A stretch of 43,514 bases of DNA, taken from positions 124,001 to 167,514 of the forward strand of contig NOWV01000173.1 in NCBI GenBank assembly GCA_003344405.1, in the 5' to 3' direction. Within the stretch, counting starts at the first letter, position 1, and each line of letters starts with the position of its first letter. Shown here in pieces: positions 36,703 to 43,514 of this stretch. The notes under the pieces are model-generated. The model ran no database searches, had not been told where the DNA came from, and saw nothing but the letters and a program-made list of their open reading frames with translations. The stretch is from Trichoplax sp. H2. Its lineage: Eukaryota. A program made the position numbers and the translations under genes.

Positions 36703-37100
36703 TAACAACACCACCAGTTCACTCAGGTCGAGTGCCGCCATCTTACTTATGATTAATTCTTAATCAATAATGATCTCAGGCAGACAAAATATAGAACTTT
36801 CATTGCAAAGTTAAGAAAGGTGTAGCTATAATTAACCAAAATAAGAACATAATCTAAAGTATCCTGAACTCAAAACAGAGCAATGGTTGAACTAGCCTAA
36901 GTTCTTTAATACGTTTTGTTTTTAATCTATCTACGGTAATAAAGTAGCCTGCTACAGCTATTAGGCTCAAGCCATTAAATAAAAAATTTTTTTCAAGTAG
37001 ATTCTCAATATAAGATTCTATAGCCACCTTCATCGTTACAGCATAATAAGTCACGTAAGTCTTAATAAACTGTAGCTACCGCCACAATAACGTATGATAT

Positions 37101-37588
37101 TGTAGTGCAGCCCCAAATATAGCTTAGATTACTATTATAAGACTGTACGAGAATAACTTAACTTGAAAGCTAGAGTGTAAGATTGTGTAAGAGTCTATTT
37201 GTACAAGATGTTTACAGTACGTATTGTAGCGAATCAATTAAAATGTTTATATAAAGATCTGAGATATAAATAGATTTGCGCTAAGTATGTTAGTACTGTA
37301 AGTATTGTATTGTAATGCTTTAAATAGACGCGAATTATGAATAGATTGCGCGATAGTAAATTTAGATCTGATCTTGCGACTTAATGGGCAAGACAAGATT
37401 TGTTACGGTAAAAGCGTTCTGTAACTAATCGTATATAAATCGTGAATTTTGCTGTAGTAAGTAGATTGTCAGATTGTCAGATAGTCAGTTAGTCCTTGGT
37501 AGTTACACGAACCTAACTTCTGCAATAAAGTGAAATTTGCAAGAAACTGTATTTCTTGATTTATTGTTTTGAAGATCACTTTATCACA
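37101..37588 (+). mobile_element. Solo LTR-like element (488 bp) between the ODC paralogues
   Basis: TGTAGTG...TATCACA ends; near-perfect TSD GATAT/GATAC; TATATAAA at 37432 and AATAAA at 37524. Confidence 0.75.
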
Positions 37589-39424
37589 GATACCTAGTCA
37601 TCAACAAGGAAATTTAGATAAGTTACACAGGTATCATTAACAGTAAGCGACTAACCTAACCGAAAACCATTCGAAAATATATGCTACTACGTCTCCTCTA
37701 AGATCAGCCCCAAAAATGTAGGTAAATGTACCGTTGCGCTTTCTTGCTTTGAATCTCAATAACAAGGAAGACGGTGTACTGTAAGTGATTATTATTTTAT
37801 ATCAGCGATACTGATTTGGTTACCAGAACATTTTCATTTTGTAATAAAACGTATAGTTTGTTTTTGAAACTGACTGATAAAGTTTGTATAGACCATTCCC
37901 CTCTATCTTACAGTTAACTTATTACATGCCGGTACTAATTATAAATTCATCTATGCAACATTAATAACAATCGTATCATCAGGCAGCCAAAAGTGATTTA
38001 TTCGATTTCCATCAGTGCCATTCTTAATGTAGTAAACTAAACAATGTAAAGATTATAATTATCTATCATATTTTATCTCTCGCATCATCCGCGGTAAATT
38101 TACAAAGGTTACAAAACTTATTTAGTAGAGGTAGTTCAGATTCGATTGTGCATTCAACGAGATTAACCTAAATGACAATCCGAGATTAAATCTATCTTAG
38201 CGGCAACGATATCAAATTATTAATTTAGTAATTATTTGTAGCCAAACATCTCATATCAGCTAATGTTAAAATCATGCATTGTTGCTAAAATGGTAATAAG
38301 TTATAACACATTAATTTGAAAGTTCGAAGCCGTTAAATGATAAAGTGTCTTTCCAGCGGTTGAGAAAAGAAGACTAACTTTGAGTAATTTTAAATTATTC
38401 TCAGTTTTAGCCTGTTTTATTTTGTTGTGGTACTGTGACTGTTGTATAAATGACTAGAATTTAAGCGTAGTTCTAAGCATTCTTAGTCAACATAGTAATG
38501 CTTTAGTTGAAAGCTTTTTTGATTGAAGTACCTCCAATTATATTCTATATTGTAGCTAGTTTATTTTAATTTATATCGGCTATATTCGGGCGTATTATTC
38601 AAACGATTGAACGATCTTCATTAAAAACTTCATTTACGATATTGATGAGCTAATATGATTTATCCCGTAAGAAGCATTCCTTCATCTAGAGTGGTGAAAT
38701 ATATTACATCACTTAATGTTTCAAATATATTACCCAAATATTAGCTACGAATTCATTGAAAATCTTAGAGGAGTAATTTCTCGAAACAAGCACCCCCAAA
38801 TTTTAAAGCTTTTGCTTCTTTAAACTACTGAATGGATTGAAAACGATGCATATTACATCATTACCGTAACTCTACTAGAATATGACATTGCGAATTGGAC
38901 GTAACAACAACATCAGCTCTCTAAGTAACGAATCCTAAGTAACAGATACACCTTACCATGCTGCAGAAATTATCTAGGTAAGAACTAATACAAGCAAAAT
39001 CAACACAGAATTTACTTTATCAACTCCAGTGATATTGAGATTTATATCATAATTGCATATTTAACGTAATCAAACAAAGTTGGGATTACGTGGTATCGAC
39101 ATGTCCCTACTGCATTAACTTGTCGATACAAGTATATATAGTCAATGTTACTACATCCAACTGAATTATGTAACAGAATTCTTCGCTATTTAATAAAAGC
39201 ACGCGGTAAATAAGCGATTCATAGCAGCAACTGGTTATATAGTTATGTAGTTGATTAATCATTTGATTAAGGAGTTATTCAGAATATAATTTAGCGCTCC
39301 TTTAAGAATTCCTAAAACATATTTTGTTCATATAATAAGTTGACGGAATATTTGCTGAGGAAGTCGTCATAATATTGCAGCTGTTGAGTTATTTACCAAC
39401 GTAGTTAAGAATATTATAACCAAT

Positions 39425-42400
39425 TTATAAATCAACTTCACTGATATTATTGAAATATGGCAATAGCTTGTCTTTCATAGCATCCCTAAATTTTGGTTAG
39501 AAGATAGAAATTTACATTTCTTTATCATCTAATTTTTTGACATTTCGATTTATGTTTATTTTACTTACCAAGTCTTGCGATCAATAAAGTGATACACCGA
39601 AGCCTTATCAAGACCATTAAAACTTGTGTGCAGAGTCAATGCATAGGCTCCCATATCTACGAACGTTTAACTAAAAGAATTAGATACTGCATATCAACAA
39701 CTGGATAAGACCATATATCAAAAGACTCGCCTTCCCAACAGATTAAATCGCCATTTTCTAGCTGCAAAATTTATAATATTAATGGATTAATTTAATTGGC
39801 AGCAAGTGAACAGAATAATGGGGTAAAACAAGAAATTACTACATAAATTAGAACGATAATTACCTCAGGAAAGTGACATTATTCTTGAATGCAATCTATC
39901 CCGCTGCAATTAGAAGCCCAGACACTGCTTAGATGTTGCAAGTCACTCTTCTTGCACAAAGGTTGCAAAGAAATAGTACTTTTTTTGCGTAACAGCGAAC
40001 CAAATGAGACATGCAAGGCATCGTTTATATAGTACATGAATCGTTTCTAAATCAGAAAATTAATTAAATTTTATCATTAACATTCAATGATCATACGATC
40101 ACCATTATTTCAAATTATACGCAATATTCATGATTATAGATTAATACGAACTGATTCTGTATTTATGCTCTTAACTTCCGAAGTTTCTGCTATAATTATT
40201 TAAAGTCATATTAATTGCCCATCTTTACCATTAACTTATAGTATCATTATCAATAGAAAAATGCTACAATCAACTTTATATCTTACTTCTACTGCACTTC
40301 AATTCTCGCTTGCTAACAACGCTCACGGTCAAATGAAAAGCAGAGGCTGCAAAATAGCGACCTAAAGGATTTAAAACAGTAGATATTCTTTTTTACTTAA
40401 TCATTTCAAAGAACTGAAATAACTCCAAATCTACTTGCATCTATTACAAGCAAAAGCCTAATGATCGCTATAAATGATACTCTATATGAACTCTATATTA
40501 CCTGCACTAGAGATAATTTTAACGTTACTAGCAAGTGGAAAATGTTCATCTAGGGCCTTGTTTACATCAACACATATCTAAAGTATTAAATAAGTAAAAT
40601 TTTAAAATTGGTAAAATTATTCGCCGATCTAAGTAAATATATAAAAATAGGAACTAACTTTTTCAAATATAGAATCTGCGTATCCCGGAAATCCTCCACC
40701 AATATTTAATATATTAAAATTATAACCCGCAGATTTCTAAAAGCATATAGGTTGTATGGTGTTATTACTCTGTGTTATGAGCCAAATGGTAAATTATTTT
40801 TATACTCATATGCTGTGAAGATTAATTTAAGCTATTAAATTCACCCCATAATTAAAAGCCGTCTTTGCTATTTTAATGGCAGAGATATAAAATGAAGTGT
40901 CTGTTCGCCCATGGCCTATATGATAACTTTAAAGTACAATATTTAGGTTTATTAATTGATCCAATACAATGCCTTTGCTTTGAGACACGACGATATTTAA
41001 GCAAAGACTTTAGTTTGCTGTATGTACTGTAGGTAAGTAAAATAAAATAGTAACGATTTAGCAACATAAAGCTTAGCATTACTTTCTCTACAGATACAGC
41101 ATTGATCGCGTTACTGGCTATATTAAAAGAGGTCAAGTACTTGTGACTTCAAATCATTATTTTCATTTAATTCTATAAAAATATAATTTTATAATTAAAC
41201 GTGGAAAATTATGCCATCTTTTACCTTATTCCAACAACATTTAGTTGCAACTGTTGAGCAGTTTGTAGGACACTCGAAACATCATCTATTTCTACACCAT
41301 ACTTTGATCCAAGCTAAGTAATGTTTCAGTGTGAATTATAAGTTAAATTGTTAGTTCCTAATTTGCTAAGCAACATCTTTATAAATGGTATAATCTAATC
41401 TTAAACAAAGATTAAGCCTTAGCACGACTTATTCACGTTATATTTGATCTATATAGATTAAATAATCCTCTAGTATTTCATTCAATGGGCTAATTTAAAA
41501 ATAGTTTGGATACATAACACAAGACCGAAAGAGGCACTTTAATTATTTTTATCCTTCATTTATAGCTCTTATATCCTGTAGTTACATGCATTTTAAAAGC
41601 GATTTAAATCCTAATCCTCTCACTTTTTCAAATATTCTGATAGTAAAATAATTAGCTTACATATAATTGTTATCTACTCATTTACATTAATGAATCATTT
41701 CGAATGATTATCTAACTGTAACCGCTTACACAGTTTCCTATACTATTGATGTTCTCCGATATGTCGCAATCATCAAATACATCACTACATGTTCACTTAA
41801 ACTTCTAACTCGTATTTCTCTCTTACCTGATAATGAGTATCAGAATCGTCAATCATTAAACGTAGAAGTAATCTAAAGATAAAAATTACATGAAATAGTG
41901 GAATATTACATTGGTAGTTTATATCATTGCACAACTATAAATAATAAACAAGTAAAGCAGATCACTTTGCTTCCGGGCATAATTTCTTGATTTTGTACAA
42001 TTCTGATACATTATCAAATGTCATAAACTGAACTTTATGACTTGCCGCAAATCTACAACAGCGAGATAGCCGTGTTAATGCCGTGTCTGAAATTTGACTA
42101 AATTATGCCTTACGAGTATTTAGTTAACTTAATTCGACTACGCTAAACAGTAATCAAGTACTAAAGATTTATACTAAGAATTATTTATCAAATTATGTAT
42201 ATTTTCTTACTTCAGATGAAACCTTGGCTTGCAAGGATTAGAATAAAAAATTTGATTTGCTCTTGCACCAATTTTTATAACTTTTTCTATTTCATTCTTA
42301 TAAATGATAGATGGCATTTTATTTCATTAGCATATTTCTCTGTAAAGAGCACTTTAAAATATTCGTAATGATTGCTACCTTGCTAACGGCAGAAAAGCCT

Positions 42401-43155
42401 ACCCCTAATGAGTGCAATATGGTCAGCAACATTAGGTTATCATTGCACTTTATAGCTAAAAACGATAAAATCGATAAGTATTCGGTTGATAGCAATTTTA
42501 TTTAGTACGTATGTAGAGAATGTCAATAAATTCCATACCATAAAATGGCTCTATGCGAGGCATTAGTTTTCGCCACTATCAGCATCAATTTTAAATTAGA
42601 CACAATTAATAACCTTTATTAACACAAATTTTGTTGATTGATTATACATAAAGTATATTAACTATTCCCTTTCATACAAGCTGAAGTAAAAAATAAAGGC
42701 CGTAGCTTGTTAAAATTTTAAATTAGCAAATAATAACTGAATCTTCAATTGCTATATGTAAGTTCTAATTTATGTCCTAATTCTAATGTTATGCTAACAA
42801 ATTTGAGAGGATGATCTCATTTAGAACATGTAAAAACTAAACTTCTAGTATGTAAGCATACTGAAAATCATGATTAAATTATATAAAGTACCTTGTTGAC
42901 TTTATCGACCACATCGCCAATATTTGCGATAAAAAATGGGCCATCATCATCATCCTAGTGCATTAAACATAAATAAAACATTGATGAAATTTTTGTGTAG
43001 AAACTAGCCAGAAGAATCCGTAAGATCTATAATAGTGCACGTAAATGATAATATAATGTCTTAATCCGTACATCACGTCTGCTTACGACTTTAGAAACAA
43101 GTTCAGAAACCACAAAAGTAGGTACGATTTTCAAAGCGGCGTTTTCGTCTGACAT
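39425..43155 (-). pseudogene. Ornithine decarboxylase-family paralogue B with an in-frame TAA (39881-39879); pseudogene, null allele or truncated protein
   Basis: Nearly the same exon layout as paralogue A: FFIANIGDV, PRIEPFYAIKCN, GFSAVSKNE, YSNPCK, MTFDN, LLLRL, KYG, SYHIGHG, LNIGGGFPG, SSAGRYF, YYINDALHVSF, WASNCSGIDCIQE*CHFPE, DMGAY..FNGL. ATG at 43155, normal TAA at 39427-39425. Confidence 0.85.
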
Positions 43156-43514
43156 TTTGACTTGCAGTGAAGTAGAGCTCTAACGCAAGAACAATCAATA
43201 AAGCGACATTGTAATTGCATTGCTGCATTTATGAAATCACATTTAGCCGGCACATTCTTCTGTTGCAATACCTTAGAGAAAGTGTAACTTACTCTTACAT
43301 TTACTTGACAGATCCACTAAGGGACATTTTATGCATTGTGATAAATTGTACTTATAAATTATATTGAAATGCTGTCGGGTAAAATCTCTACGGAATTTAT
43401 GTTAATATAGTACTTTTTCCTGAAACAGTTATTTTGAAATGTGCTATGACATTCTAGACCCCTGATAGGCTGGCTATCACTTAAAAATTGTAAAATCAAA
43501 AACAGGGGGTCGTA

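Noticed and set aside
36655-36744. Short minus-strand ORF starting AAGATGGCGGC (MAALDLSELVV..)
   Set aside because: Only about 28 codons, and it runs through the hairpin element; insufficient support as a gene or uORF.
35003-42505. ORFs 35003-35197, 36854-37054, 40873-41136 and 42311-42505
   Set aside because: They are antisense or off-frame overlaps with ODC exons, or motif-less intergenic ORFs.
1-43514. CRISPR arrays, prokaryotic defence operons, tRNA or rRNA genes
   Set aside because: The sequence is spliced eukaryotic DNA; no regularly spaced repeat-spacer array or structural RNA signature was seen.

Overview
AT-rich, intron-dense eukaryotic (animal) genomic DNA. The compact GT-AG introns, low GC and Apaf-1-like gene fit a basal metazoan such as a placozoan; this is inference, not shown by the sequence. 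Splicing exons by hand gives four minus-strand genes. (1) An Apaf-1-like gene (about 710-14208; 3' end unresolved) with CARD, winged-helix, helical domain 2 and WD40-like exons, but no recognisable intact NB-ARC P-loop core and a substituted MHD/LHD motif. (2) A mosaic cell-surface gene (22512-30196): signal peptide, LRRNT, decayed LRR, LRRCT-like, MAM, kringle, SRCR, SRCR, MAM and a GPI-like tail. (3, 4) Two tandem ornithine-decarboxylase-family paralogues (32015-35332 and 39425-43155) with near-identical exon layout and remodelled active-site residues; the second has an in-frame stop. Mobile DNA includes a decayed, intron-containing DD41D Tc1/mariner transposase, five solo-LTR-like elements of about 460-550 bp with 5-bp target-site duplications, partial LTR-like pieces and a small hairpin MITE. 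All three N gaps sit between allelic duplicates that differ by presence or absence of an insertion. No prokaryotic systems, CRISPR arrays, tRNA or rRNA were seen.
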